From Camelus dromedarius (taxonomy: Eukaryota), in contig NC_087437.1 in NCBI RefSeq assembly GCF_036321535.1, positions 35,342,001 through 35,406,000 on the forward strand: a DNA stretch of 64,000 nt, read 5' to 3'. The notes under the pieces are model-generated. The model searched no databases. It was not told the origin of the DNA and saw only the letters and a list, made by a program, of their open reading frames with translations. A program made the position numbers and the translations under genes. Shown one piece after another: positions 49,421 to 62,665 of this stretch (its first letter is position 1; every line of letters begins with the position of its first letter).

Positions 49421-51604
49421 TGAAAATGCTAAAAATAATCACACAGACTAAAAAATGCATAGCCAATTAAGGGGATAGTTACTAAGATTAAGGCCTCCCT
49501 TAGAAAGATTTTTGTGAGGATGAGGGAAATAATATATGTGAAATTTTAAGGACTTTATGGTGGCAATTTCTTTGAGGCTTTCCTGTTGGGCAAAACATAT
49601 GCCTTTCCTTCATTTTTTGTCTGTTTTTAATTAAGAAAAAATCTTATGATTTTGTCTCCTCTTTGTTATGATGACCTGAAAATGTAAACCCCAATTTGTG
49701 GCTGTTTTTAGGCCTGTACATGACAAAATGGTTCAAATTTCTGTGTTGTAGTTTTACTGGTGGAATTACTATTTTTAACTCTTAAATTCCTTTGACTTCT
49801 ATACTGTCAATTAGTTTATACTTGTGTGTTTTATGCAACATTAAAACAACCTCATTTTGTGTGTTGTGAACAAAGCAAGGTATAAATAAATGTGGAATAA
49901 TTTGACTCTGAGAAAACAATGCTCTTCAAACCAAGGATGCAAATATAAAAAGTGCTTTTTTTAAATGTGAAAATAAGAAGTATTAAAAATTAAGAATGAC
50001 AAAATTCCTTAGAAATTACAGATTTTGCCTTGCTTAATCTATGATATTTAACACTAATTTAACAACAAGAATTCCTAAACCTGTTACACTTAGAAAGTCC
50101 TGCTTGGCTAGAAATAAAGGCTATTGTCCATGCTCTCAATGGAATTTTGTTTTTGTTTTCCTTTGTGTATCACTTGTCAGGTATGAGTTCATGAATTTAA
50201 TTTATTTACTTTTTCTATAATGTGCATTCCCTGAAGATGTTCTTCATTACCTAACAATCACATGGATCCTAGCTTTCACTAAAAATGCAATCAATCTCTC
50301 ATATTGATCTTTCTAAACTGAATGATCAAGTTATGCATTATGTATTTTCATATCTTTGTAGTCACCTGGGGAATTTATTTCATATAAAGTAATAGGACTT
50401 GGCATTTATATGATAATTTCTATTTATTGCATCTATTATCTTCTACTCCAGTGAATTACAAAGTTCTGGGGAAATTGCTGTGAGGATCTCTTTCTAAGCT
50501 GGGAAAGAGTATATATCCCAAACCAAATTACAAGGTGTTTCCTCAACTTTTTAATTGCATTTTTTAAAATTGGTGTGGAGCACTGTTGCAGAGAAATTGA
50601 AGTCGACTCTGTGCTTTTAACTTGTATTTTATCAGAAAAGTATAACTATTCATTATAAAATATTGGGTGTGGGTTAAAATGCTAGGATCCTCCCCTGGTT
50701 TCCACAACACCACACCTTCCTAGCTTACTCCCATTTCTCTGACTATTCCTCTAAGCTTTTGTTGACTCCTTTTTCCTCCCTCAGTTTGAAATTTGGCATT
50801 CTTTTTTTTTTTTTTTTTTTGAAATTTGTCATTCTTGTGGGCTCAGTCCTTGGCCTTTTTTTTTTTCCTTCTCTGTTTACACTGTCTCCTAAGGTGACCT
50901 GTCCTAATTCTCCAGGTTTAAATGCATCTGTCTGTTGATGATGTTCTATCTTCAGTATTAGCCTTTTCGTGAGTTCCAGACTCAGGTGACTGGAAAATTT
51001 GCAACTTTGGCTTTTAAAAGTGCTTTGGAAAGGCTGAAATAAAATGAAAAAAATGTATAACTAATCATTTTTGCTTTGAAAAATTATACACAGGTGTTCG
51101 TTCACTATTTGTTTTGTAATTCACTGTTTATATAACTTCAATAACACTTAAGCTTGAAGAAAAAATGTGTTTTCTTTTATAATTCACCATAGGGATTCTG
51201 GCTTCTGCCATGTCATTGTACATTTTTACAAAGTTACATGAAATGTTTGTGTTATTTTCTATAACATCAAAATACACTGCCAATGAGGACTGTAAGGACA
51301 GAACACACTTTCCTGGAAGGGGTGGTACAAATTGTTTAAAAATTTTCACAATAACTTGTGAGTAATAAAAAGCCAGCTTGGATAATTTTTTAAATATTAA
51401 TATCTATTTTGAAAAAAAAAAAGGATTTTCCACGAGCATCTCTGATGAACAAGTTCAAAAGAGAACTCTGAATTTCCTGTCTCCTAAGTGTGCCTTTCCA
51501 TCTTTCCCATCTCAAAAACAGCCTTGTCTACCAGTGGCTCAGACCAGACCGAAGGCCCTTTTTAATTCCTCTCTTCCTCCACGTGTAAATGGTGAAGATA
51601 GTGG

Positions 51605-51775
51605 TACGTGACATTTCTTGAGCACTTTAGTATGTGCCAGGCTCTATATCCTAAGAACTTCAATGTTATGAAATAAGCACAGTTATTGTCTTCCTCTTAC
51701 AAATGAGAAAACTGAGATACGAAGAGGTTGTGTAAACTTGCCCAGTAAGTGGTGGGGTTAGAGCCAGTCCAGGAG
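51605..51775 (-). mobile_element. MIR inserted in L2
   Basis: catttcttgagcactttagtatgtgccagg...ttacaaatgagaaaactgagatacgaagaggtt...aacttgccca. Confidence 0.75.
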
Positions 51776-52273
51776 AAAGGCCTGATGGTCCCACCTCCAC
51801 GGTCTGTCTGGGATTTCTCCACTTCTCTCTGTTTTCACTGCTATGATGTAGGCTCAGTCACCGTCCTCTCTCTGCTAGGCTACCTCGCTATCTCCAACCA
51901 GCCTCTATTCTTGTTCCAATCCAATCCATTGTACAATGATCTTTTCTTTTTTTTTCTTTTTATTTATTTTTTTTATTGAGTTATAGTCAGTTTACAATGT
52001 GTTAATTTCCAGTGTAGAGCACAATTTTTCAGTTATACATGAACATACATATATTCATTGTCACATTCTTTTTCGCTGTGAGCTACCACAAGATCTTGTA
52101 TATATTTCCCTGTGCTATACAGTATAATCTTGTTTATCTATTCTACATATGCCTGTCAGTATATACAAATTTTGAACTCCAATCTGTCCCCTCCCACCCC
52201 CGTCTCCCCGGCAGCCACAAGTTTGTATTCTATGTCTATGAATTGGTTTCTGTTTTGTATTTATGTTAATTTG

Positions 52274-52275
52274 TC

Positions 52276-52347
<72 letters not shown>

Positions 52348-52576
52348 TCCTTCTTCTTCTTCTTCTTCTTCTTCTTCTTCTTCTTCTTCTTCTTCTTCTT
52401 CTTCTTCTTCTTCTTCTTCTTCTTCTTCTTCTTCTTCTTCTTCTTCTTCTTCTTCTTCTTCTTCTTCTTCTTCTTCTTCTTCTCCTTCTTCTTCTCCTTC
52501 TTCTTCTCCTTCTTCTTCTCCTTCTTCTTCTCCTTCTCCTTCTTCTTCTTTCCTCTCCTTCTTCTTTTTTTTTTTT
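52274..52576. repeat. Compound pure-pyrimidine microsatellite (TTTC)18-C-(TTC)44-[(TTC)3TCC]n-poly(T)
   Basis: Directly counted: TTTC 52278-52349, TTC 52351-52482, then TCC-interrupted units and a T run; no purine on the + strand from 52274 to 52576. Confidence 0.97.
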
Positions 52577-54594
52577 GATTCCACATATGAGCGATCTCAT
52601 ATGGTATTTATCTTTCTTTTTCTGGCTTACTTCACTTAGAATGACATTCTCCAGGAACATCCATGTTGCTGCAAGTGGCGTTATGTTGTCATTTTTTATG
52701 GCTGAATAGTATTCCATGGTATAAATATACCACATCTTCTTTATCCAGTCATCTGTTGATGGACATTTAGGCTGTTTCCAAGTTGTAGCTATTGTAAATA
52801 ATGCTACTGTGAACATTGGGGAGCAGGTGTCTTTTTGAAGAAGGGTTCCTTCTGGATATATGCCCAGGAGCAGGATTCCTGGATCATATGGTAAGTCTAT
52901 TCCTAGTCTTTGGAGGAATCTCCATACTGTTTTCCACAGTGGCTGCACTAAACTGCATTCCCACCAGCAGTGTAGGAGGGTTCCTTTTTCTCCACAGCCT
53001 CTCCAGCATTTATCATTTGTGGACTTTTGAATGATGGCTGGTTAGTGGTGATACTTCATTGTAGTTTTGATTTGCATTTCTCTGATAATTAGTGATACTG
53101 AGCATTTTTTTCATGTGCCTATTAATCATTTGTATTTCTTCATTGGAGAATTGCTTGTTTAGGTCTTCTGCCCATTTTTGGATTGGGTTGTTTGTTTTTT
53201 ATTATTAAGTCATATGAGCTGCTTATATATTCTGGAGATCAAGCCTTTGTCAGTTTCATCTTTTGCAAAAATTTTCTCCCATTCCGTAGGTTGTCGTTTT
53301 GTTTTGCTTATGGTTTCCTTTGCTGTGGAGAAGCTTGTAAGTTTAATTAGGTCCCATTTGTTTATTCTTGCTTTTATTTCTATTGCTTGGGTAGACTGCT
53401 CTAGGAGAACATTTTTGAGATGTGAGACAATGTTTTGTCTATGTTTTCTTCTAGGTTTATTGTATCTTGTCTTATGTTTAAGTCTTTAATCCATTTTGAG
53501 TTTATTTTTGTGTATGGTGTAAGGGTGTTCTAGCTTCATTGATTTACATGCTGCTGTCCAGTTTTCCCAGCACCATTTGCTAAAGAGACTGTCTTTATTC
53601 CATTGTATGTTCTTGCCTCCTTTGTCAAAGATTAGTTGACCAAAAGTTTGTGGGTTCATTTCTGGGCTCTCTATTCTGTTCCATTGGTCCATATGTCTGT
53701 TTTGTACCAATACCATGCTGTTTTGATTACTGTAGCTCTATAGTATTGTCTGAAGTCTGGGAGAGTTACTCCTCCAGCCTCTTTCTTTTTCCTCAGTAAT
53801 GCTTTGGCAATTCTAGGTCTTTTGTGATTCCGTATAAATGTTACTATGATTTGTTCTAGTTCTGTGAAATATGTCCTGGGTAATTTGATACGGATTGCAT
53901 TAAATCCATAGATTGCCTTGGGCAGTATGACTATTTTAACAATATTGATTCTTCCAATCCAAGAGCATGGAATATCTTTCCATTTTTTAAAGTCTTCTTT
54001 AATTTCCTTCATCAATGGTTTATAGTGTTCTGTGTATAATTCTTTCACCTCCTTGCTTTGATTTATTCCCAGATATTTTATTACTTTGGGTGCTATTTTA
54101 AAGGGGATTGTTTCTTTACTTTCTTTTCCTGTTGATTCATCGTTAGTGTAAAGAAATGCAACTGATTTTTGAATGTTAATCTTGTAAACTGCTACCTTGC
54201 TGAATTCTTCGATTAGTTCTAGTAGTTTTTGTGTGGACCTTTTAGGGTTTTCTATATATAGTATTATGTCGTCTGCATATAATGACACTTTTACCTCTTC
54301 TTTTCCAATTTGGATCCCTTTTATTTCTTTCTCTTGCCTGACTGCTGTGGCTAGGACTTCCAGGACTATGTTGAATAGGAGTGGTGATAGTGGGCATCCT
54401 TGTCTTGTCCCAGAGTTTAGTGGGAAGCTTTTGAGTTTTTCACCATTGAGTACTATGCTGGCTGTAGGTCTGTCATATATAGCTTTTATTATGTTGAGAT
54501 ATGTTCCCTCTATACCCACTTTGGTGAGAGTTTTTATCATAAAAGGGTGTTGAATTTTATCAAATGCTTTTTCTGCATCTATTGAGATGATCAT
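52577..54594 (-). pseudogene. LINE-1 ORF2p remnant (reverse transcriptase and C-terminal domain), frameshifted and 5'-truncated
   Basis: ORF 53671-54594: [40 protein letters not shown]; continues in other frames ([48 protein letters not shown]). Confidence 0.95.
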
Positions 54595-54666
54595 TTGGTT
54601 TTATTAGCAATGTGTTTTATTAGCAATGATCTTGTTGATGTGTTGTATTAGCAATGATCTTTTCTT

Positions 54667-55262
54667 ACGCAAATCAAGTTGAAACTCTGCTCTGGCTTCC
54701 CATGGATGTAAAAAGGAAAAATCTCCAAGCTCCTCATAGGGCCTACAAAATCCTACGTGACTCACTCGCCAACCTCTTCAGCTTCACTCCAACCATTCTG
54801 CCTCCCCCTGTCCCCTCTACTCCAGTCACAGTTCTTTTTCAGTTTTGAGACAACAAAATTGGTTCATATGTCAAAGCCTTTCTACTTGCTTTTCTCTCTG
54901 CCTGGAATAATATTTCCCCAGATTATTGAATGTCTAGCTCTTACTCATCAGGTTCATCTCAGGTTCAGGTTTTATCTCAGTTGTTATCTCCTTAGAGTCA
55001 GTGCCCCAACCATAACCCAACCCCACTCACGCTGCTGACTCATGGGCTATCCCAACACCCTGCTTTGCTTTCTTTAGTGAAATTACTAGTATCTGATAAT
55101 ACTTTATGGTTTGTGGTCATTGTTACTGCCTCACCTTTGACTCTAACTAGATTGTAAACATTGTGTGGGCAGAAAATCTGTCAATAGATTCATGGCAGTA
55201 TTGTCAGTTCCAGAATATTGCCTGGCACAGAGTAGGAACTCAGTAAATATTTGTTGTCAAAT
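54667..55262 (+). mobile_element. L2a 3' portion (continues L2 at ~51460-51945 across the L1)
   Basis: tggcttcccatgg...gggcctacaaaatcctacgtgact...tctctctgcctggaat...actagattgtaaac...tgcctggcacagagtaggaactcagtaaatatttgttg. Confidence 0.8.
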
Positions 55263-55594
55263 AGCTTTTCTCTTCCTGAGAAATCCTCTAACCACAACTA
55301 ACTACTACTACTGCTCCTGTTGTAGCTTTGCAGCCTGGACAGACTGATTCTTGGACACATCATCCCCAAGGAGTTTTCTACTGTGATGAGACAATTTCTA
55401 ATTGTCATGTCAACTTTTCAAAGACACATCTCACCAGAGCTTGGATTAGGGTAAGCTGAGAGGTACTTGCATTGAGGGCCAAAAAACCCTCAATGATCAG
55501 TATAAGTTATATCAATATTTTTTTTTAAAGAATGCACTATTTAAAAAAATCAAATTGGCAAACAGTGGCCCAAACAAAAGTCTGCCTGCTTTTG

Positions 55595-55745
55595 TCAATA
55601 AAGCTTTAAGTTCACACTGGACTCTGAGATCCATGAGGGCAGAGGTCTTGCTTTGTTCACCACTCTTTTCCCAGGGCCTGCTTGGAATAGTACTGGGGAC
55701 ATAGTGGGCATTTGATAAATATTTCATGAATTACAGAATAAATAC
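55595..55745 (+). mobile_element. L2 terminal fragment
   Basis: ctggactctgagatccatgagggcagaggtcttgctttgttcacc...gtactggggacatagtgggcatttgataaatattt. Confidence 0.75.
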
Positions 55746-56734
55746 TTTTTATCTCAAAATTTAAAAAAGTTATGAATACCTACCATGGATAAAGTACTGA
55801 GTTTCTTACTATGAACTGAAATAAAGTTTGAGACATGGCCTCTGCCCTCAAGATGGATCTCAAGATCACAAGGTGAACGTAAGGTTATAAGATTCTGTAA
55901 GACACTAGTCAAGACAAACCTGGTTTTCAGCTTTCTGTGCTACTTGAAGGATTTTTTTTCTCTTTAAGTGTTCTACACTGATACTTTTTTTTTTTTTGAT
56001 CTCCTAAAGTCCATCTTCCTTCTATCTTGCTTTTTTTTTTTCCCTTCCATTTTCTACTTCCCAGGGCTAGTGTAATATAGTCAAAAAATGTCAGAAGTGG
56101 TGAAAAGGGAACAGTAGCCAAAATGACTTTTCTTCCCGGATTTGACCCTGCACAGGTGAAAATACTCAGTCCCAGGTCATCAAAGAGTGCTTATTCTTCT
56201 AACTCGATCATTTCCTAGTTCTCAGCATCAACATCCGTTCTGACACTCGACAACACAGCCGAACTCTGCACACTAACCGTATTTAATGTTGTATCATTGC
56301 ACTACATAGAGATCCAGGAAAACATAATAGTTAATGGTGATATGTTGCCTTTTTACCCCCACATATATAAAGATTGATTTTTTAAAAAATGTATTATATT
56401 TGACTTTATATGTGCATATGTACTTGGAGATCTTTTTTGATTATATAAAGCCTAAACTTCTCTTACCTTACAAGATAAGATTGTTCGTATTTCAGTTCAG
56501 TATTTTTCAGGCTGTTAGAATTCTTTGTTTCCTACCATGACGTTTGACAGCAAAACATCATGTATTATTATCAGCTCCAGGGTAAATTAATGCTAACAGT
56601 TTGACCTGCTGTGATCCTTTCTTCTGTCACTTTCCTCTGAGAGGGAGAAGACGAAATAAATAAATATCAAAGTACCTAATATATTAGTACAGTTAAAGAT
56701 CTGCTGGGGTAACAGTGAGTTGAGGGTGTATACA

Positions 56735-57290
56735 CTGCTCTGAGGAAAGTAAATTAAGGCAATGTGTTTCAGAAAAAAAATTGGCAGTATACATAAAGAG
56801 TCTTGAAGTGGTCTAAATCATACCTGCTGTTGCACTTTGGGGACTGCATGCTATGAAAATAATACAAAATGAGAAGAAACATATCTGCACAAGGATAGAT
56901 GTCATTGCATTATCTGGAATGGTGAAAAATTAGAAGCAATCTAGATCCAATAAGAAATAAACAATTGGTAAGAAAAAATTATGATAAAATCTGGTGACTG
57001 ATGAGTAGGGTACACATCAAAATAATACTTCAAAGATTTTGTTAATCACATGGGAAAATGTTCTGTGAAAAAGCCAGGGTACAAAATTGTATATAAAGTT
57101 AGATCTTGAGTAAGTAAAAAAAGAATTACACAGACAAATTTTACCCAAAGGTAGCTCTTCCAAAAAGGCAATAGTGATTGCTTCTGGATGATGAATTAAT
57201 AGACAATGTTTTTATTTATAGTTTTCTATATTTTTGTATTTTCTACAGTAAATACAGACCATGTTGATAATTAGGAGGAAAATGTTTTTA
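56735..57290 (+). mobile_element. L1ME-like 3' end
   Basis: aattggcagtatacataaagag...tgcacaaggat...cattgcattat...aaaaattagaagcaatcta...ttttctatatttttgtattttcta. Confidence 0.7.
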
Positions 57291-57921
57291 TAAGTGCAGT
57301 GGCTCATCCTTTGATTTGGAACTCCCTGGAGTTCTGTTCCAGTTGTGATCACATCCAGAACCTTAAGATTTCTCAGCTGCCTGATAAACCAGAGAGCAGA
57401 ATGATCTGGATGGTTCATCCAGGATTTGGCTTGAGCTGCTGTGCTCATCACATGGTCCTCCTGTTCCCGAGCAACTATTGTGAGGTTTATGAGCCCTGGA
57501 AGGGTTAGCAAGTTAGAGCCTGAATTAGCTGCATTCTGATCTCTGTTACACAGATGTGGCTTTCATTGATTTTTATGGGAGATTTGTGCACATAATGATG
57601 AGAAAAATGTCGCTGATTTGTTTTAATTTAGCTTGAGCAGTAACCCTTTACTAATGGGACTCCTTCTGTAAGAGGCAGACCTGCTCTCATTTTTTTTTTT
57701 TTTAAGCCATGCCTTAGATCTAAGCATTGGCTTAGATTCCTTTGACCAAAGAAGTCCCAATAACTTCAGATCTTCCTAGGAACTTGCAGCTTCCTAGGAG
57801 CTGAGTTCATGTTATTATGTGCTTTTCATTGGCTCAAACATTTAATTATCTGTTTTAAGTTAATGAAACCAAGATATGTCTGTTGTTCCATCTCTCTCCC
57901 CTCTTACCAATTCAGGTGAGA

Positions 57922-58110
57922 CAGAGGTTTATCAACCTTGGCATTACTGGCATTTGGGGATTTCTTGTAGGATGCTTAGCAGCATCCCTGGACTCTACCC
58001 AGTAGATGCTAATATCACCCCTTTCCTATAGTTGTAACAATCAAAAGTGTTTCCAGACATTGCCAAATGTCTCCTGAGGGTCAAAATCTCCCCCAGATTG
58101 ATAGTCACTA
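57922..58110 (+). mobile_element. MER20 hAT-Charlie MITE
   Basis: cagaggtttatcaaccttggcattactg...gtaggatgcttagcagcatccctggactctaccc...aaaagtgtttccagacattgccaaatgtc. Confidence 0.85.
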
Positions 58111-58244
58111 GATTAGACAAAGTACAATAAAAAGAAAGCTAAGTAGAATACAATAATTTTAGATTACAAACATGTTATTAAACATTATTCTTTACTATTT
58201 AGAAAATAATTCAAGATAGCTAGAAAGAAACCTGCAAGATTAAA

Positions 58245-60760
58245 TAAAAACACAGAAAATAATAACCATAAGGAAAAGATGGAAAAATTGGACTTCATCA
58301 AAATTTTTAAAAACTTCTTATCAAATGACTATTAAGAAAATTAACAGATTAATCATAAATCTGGAGAAAATTTTTGCAAAACATATATCTGGCAAAGAAT
58401 TTATGTGCAGAATGTATAAAGATTCCCTACAACTCAGTAATAAAAAAAAAGTGCCAAAAATGGGCAAAAGACTTGAAAAGACAGTACAGAAAGGGATGTA
58501 TACAACTGGTCAGTAAACACATGAAAATGTGCTCAATGTCACCAGGTATCAGGGAAACACAAATAAAAACAATAGTGAAGTGACACTACCAACACAAGGA
58601 ATGGCTAAAGTTAAAAAGGCCAACAAGAAAAGTTGGCAAATGTATGAGCAGATGGAACTGCTAGATTTGGGGAATGTAAATTGTATGTTTTAAAGGGACC
58701 CTTTCAGAAAAGGTTTGGTGGTTTCTTAGAGGTTAAACATGTATGTGTCCTGTGACTCAGCAATTATACTCCTAGATATTTACTCAAGAGAAATAAAAAT
58801 GTATTAACAAAAAATCTTGTATAAGAGTGTTCATAGCATATGGTTCATTATACTCCAGTGCCAGAAACAACCTCCACATTCATCAGCAAGAGAGCAGGTA
58901 AACAAAATACAGGATATTCATACAATGGCAGGCCATTCTGCAGTAAGGAGGAGCAAGCTACTGATACACAAAATAATGTGAATGGATCTCACAGACATTT
59001 TGCTGAGTGAAAGAAGCTGTATGCAAAGAAGTTACTATTTACTATGTAATTAAATTTATTTAAAGTTTTAGAACAGGCAAAACTAGTCTATGGTGAAACA
59101 AACAAATCCAGAAAAGTAGGGGTTGACTGAAATGGGGCATCAGTGAACTTTCTGGAGTAATGGAAATATTTTATATCTTGATAGGCATGTGGGTTAATGG
59201 GCATATCCGTTTGTCAGAAATTCATCAGATTGTACCCTTAACATGTGTGCATTGCATTGGATCTAAATTTGTCACCTAACCTTAAAAAAAAAACAAACCC
59301 AAAACTACTGAATTCTGATAGTAGGTTTGCTTGCCACAGAGGTATGAGTTACTGCTTCTGAAATTACGTTTAGTGTATTGTAAGCTTGAGAAAATGAGTA
59401 AATATATTGAGGATGATGGGAACCCAGTTTCTAAATGTTGGAGAAGGGAGTCACAAATATGGAAAGATGGAAGACTAAAATGTACCCTGCTGTATTGAAT
59501 TAGATTTGGAGGTATTAATATGAACTCACTGTGTGTGTGTGTACACATTATATATGTTTTCTCTTTTCTAGCTTTGTACACTGAGGAGACTTAGAAGCAA
59601 TGCCATTCCAGTAGCAATGAGCACACCTAGTGCCTGGATCTTGCTTACTAAATACTACTCTCTAAAAGAAACTAGGGCTCCTTGGACGAATAATAGATAT
59701 CAAGGGCCAATATGGGGAAAGTGTAAGCCTGAGTTATCTTGTTATGCTAGAAAGTAAGACGGTGCTTAGGGAATGATGGGAACTAGTCAAAAGACACAGG
59801 CACCAACTTGAAGGGGCTCCCCACTGGCTAAATCTGGGACAAATTTGGCTTCTAAATAAAATGATTGTAATATATTTTTAATTGAGTAAAATAATAATCC
59901 ATGAATCCATAATGATGTAAGCAAATAAGCAAACAAATAAGGAGCAGAGAAAGCTCTTCCTTATAATAGAATGTCAGCAAACAACTATAGAAGGAATTAT
60001 GGAGTTAGGATATCTATCGTCAAAAGGTGTTAAAACTAGTAGGTAAAGTTTTTAAGGAACAGGAAGCTTACGTTATATCAAAGATTCTCCTGTAAATTGC
60101 TTATCTATTGCAAATTGGCAAATTGGATAATGGTAACTATGCTGTTGAGAAACTAACTGGGTGTACCATCTTCACCAAGTTATCAAAGTTAACATCACCT
60201 ATATGGAGACATACAGACATCAAGTGGCTTCTGATACCGTGCAATGAGAAGGACACAACATCACTTCTGTGGTGTTCTTGCCCAAAATGTATATGTTGAA
60301 TTCAATCATGAGGAAACCTCAAATAAACACTGGTCTTTATTGTTTTGAAAATCTCCAGTCAAGAATGACTGAGATTAGGATAAGTGATGTAAAGGAAACT
60401 AAAGTGTTATGACATGAGTTTAATGTGAATTCTAGAAGCAGAGAGAGAAGAAAACCTAGCTACAAAAGGCTTTCTTGGTACAACTTATGATATTTGAATA
60501 TCAACTGTGGATTAAAAATTAAACAAATCTCCTATTTTTCATAATTATACAGCTATGTGAGAAAATACGCTTTTTTTAAATGAAGGGTTTAGAGATAGAG
60601 GCATTTCTCCAACTTGATTTCAAATGACTCAAAAAATTTATGCATACACATACACACATGTATGTGTGTGTGAGAGAGAAGATCATAAAGCAAATGAATA
60701 AGATATAAACAATCGATGAATCTGGATATAGAATTATTGGACTATCTTGCAACATTGAAT
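58245..60760 (+). mobile_element. L1MC/L1MD-like ORF2 3' end and long 3' UTR (possibly two abutting elements, junction ~59295)
   Basis: ORFs 58325-58583 give decayed ORF2 (LEKIFAKHISGK, KWAKDL, KHMKMCS..IRETQIKT); 3' UTR motif ccagtagcaatgagcacacctagtgcctggatcttg. Confidence 0.8.
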
Positions 60761-60771
60761 GGCAATAAACA

Positions 60772-61341
60772 CGTATATTTGTTTGTACGTCTGTGTAACA
60801 AATTATCACAAATTTAGCACCTTAAAACAACACAAATATTTATTATGTTACAGTTTCCGTGGGGCAAGATTTTAGGTACAGCTTAGCTCAGTGTCCCACA
60901 AGGTTGCTATCAAGATATTTGTTGGGCTGCATTTTCATTTGGAGGCTTGACTGGGTAAGAGTCTGCATCCAAGCTCATTACAGTTGTTGACAGAGTTCAT
61001 TTCTTTATGGTTGTATGACTGAGAGTCTCAGCTTCTTACTAGCTGTCAGCTGAAGGCTATTCTCAGATCCTAGAGGGTACCCACAATTCCCTGCCATGTG
61101 GTTCTCTTTCTAGTGGTTCAAAACATGGCTGTTCACTTCTTGAAGGCTAGCCAAATAGTGTCTTACTCTAGTATGCTTAGACAGACTCTTATATAACATA
61201 ATCAAGGGAGTGACCTTCCATCCCTTTGCCATATTTTATTAGTTACAGGCCCCTTCCATGCTCTAGGGAAGGGGATTACACAACGGAGTGGGCACCAGGA
61301 AGTGGGAATTACTGGGAGCACTCTAGAGTTTGTTTACCACG
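60772..61341 (-). mobile_element. MLT1F-like MaLR solo LTR
   Basis: tgtgtaacaaattatcacaaatttagcaccttaaaacaac...ggaggcttgactggg...ttccctgccatgtgg...gggaaggggattacaca...caccaggaagtgggaatt. Confidence 0.85.
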
Positions 61342-62665
61342 ATATGAAAATTACTAAGTCAAATGTGATTCATCAAATTCTATATAGTTTTCTATCTTCA
61401 ATTTAAACTAAATTAAGAAGTGGAAAAATTATTTTCTCAGAACTATTGATAGTACATATTGAGAGAAATAATTTTAGATACTGGAGAAAATGTTGTTATT
61501 ATTTGTTATTCACTCAGAATCTTTAGAACATTTTTTCTTCTGTTTCAGAAATATCTTACATCATGAGTCCTGCCTCCTAAATGTGTTCAGTCTTAAATAC
61601 TATACGCCAAACATATGTGATTTTTTTTTCTAGGCAATGGTAGGATTGTCCTTCCCTGTCCTTTTTCAAGTTGGGTGTTATCTTGTGACTTGTAGGTATA
61701 ATCAGGTGGCCTGTTTTGGTCAATATAGGTGGAAGCTTTTATTGCTCATATGCCCTTTGCCATATTCATCTTTATCGGACTGGAAATCTTTGAAAGGGGT
61801 GCAAAGGGGTTCCTGTCAGCCTGGATCCCTACATGATTGCAGTGGACAAAGTCTCCAATACTAAAGTGAGAAACGAAGTCTTGCTGTGTTACATGATTAT
61901 TATTTTGGCTTTTTATTATTATTGCAGCCTGACCTTGTCTATCCTGACTGGTGTGGAAATGGGTCATCAGAATTAGAGTGCCACTAAAAATCCTAAATTA
62001 CATGGTGTTGATTTAATGGTCAGTTGATTGGCAATGAGGGAACAGAAGCTGAAAGCATGGTGATATGTCATATTCAGGAAGAAATAATTGGAAAACTCTC
62101 ACCTAAGAAACAGATCTGTATTTAGTGATTAGTGCATGAGAAGAGGTTAGAGAAGAGGATGCAAGTTTTGCATGTTGGTTGCTACAGATTGCACTGCCAA
62201 GGAATAGCATGAAAGAGATGATCATTTTTCTATGCAGGTTCAGGGACCATGCCACACACTATCAGCAGTGTAAGCCAGTGTTTGTTCCAGTGAAAGAGGC
62301 AGAGAGTTCCTCCCTGGAATAGTCTCACTCTGTGGTTTGAAAGTTGTTTCTGGCTTCAGAGCCTCGAAGCCTGACCTTCTGGTTTTCATGCTAGTCCTGC
62401 TAGTTTAGGTATATAGTAATACCTAAAGTTATTCAATGCATTTCATTTCTGCTTAAAGTTGCCTTGTGTGTTTTGTTGTTAGTGAGAATCCTGGCTAACA
62501 AAGTATGCATACTTTCACATTCATTGAGACAATTTTATTAAGCACTTAATGTGTGTTAGGTACTGGGCCAGATCCTTGGAAATACAACTGTGAACATAAA
62601 GGGCATGGACTGTGACTTTAGGAGGCTTAAACTCTTAATTTTTTTTAACGTATTCATCAATTTAT

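Larger units (their letters stand above)
51949..54600 (-). mobile_element. Young 5'-truncated camelid-type LINE-1 (~2.65 kb)
   Basis: Poly(A) tail, 3' UTR and ORF2 RT to C-terminus; perfect 15-bp TSD caatgatcttttctt at 51934-51948 and 54652-54666. Confidence 0.95.

Noticed and set aside
52112..52709. ORFs of 106-175 aa with poly-S, poly-L, poly-E or poly-K
   Set aside because: They are translations of the stop-free TTTC/TTC microsatellite, not genes
52816..54553. + strand ORFs overlapping the L1
   Set aside because: Antisense shadows of L1 ORF2
56130..56290. CpG-containing segment after ccctgcacag as a terminal exon
   Set aside because: Frames I translated close within ~20 codons, no recognisable peptide, no clear nearby poly(A) signal
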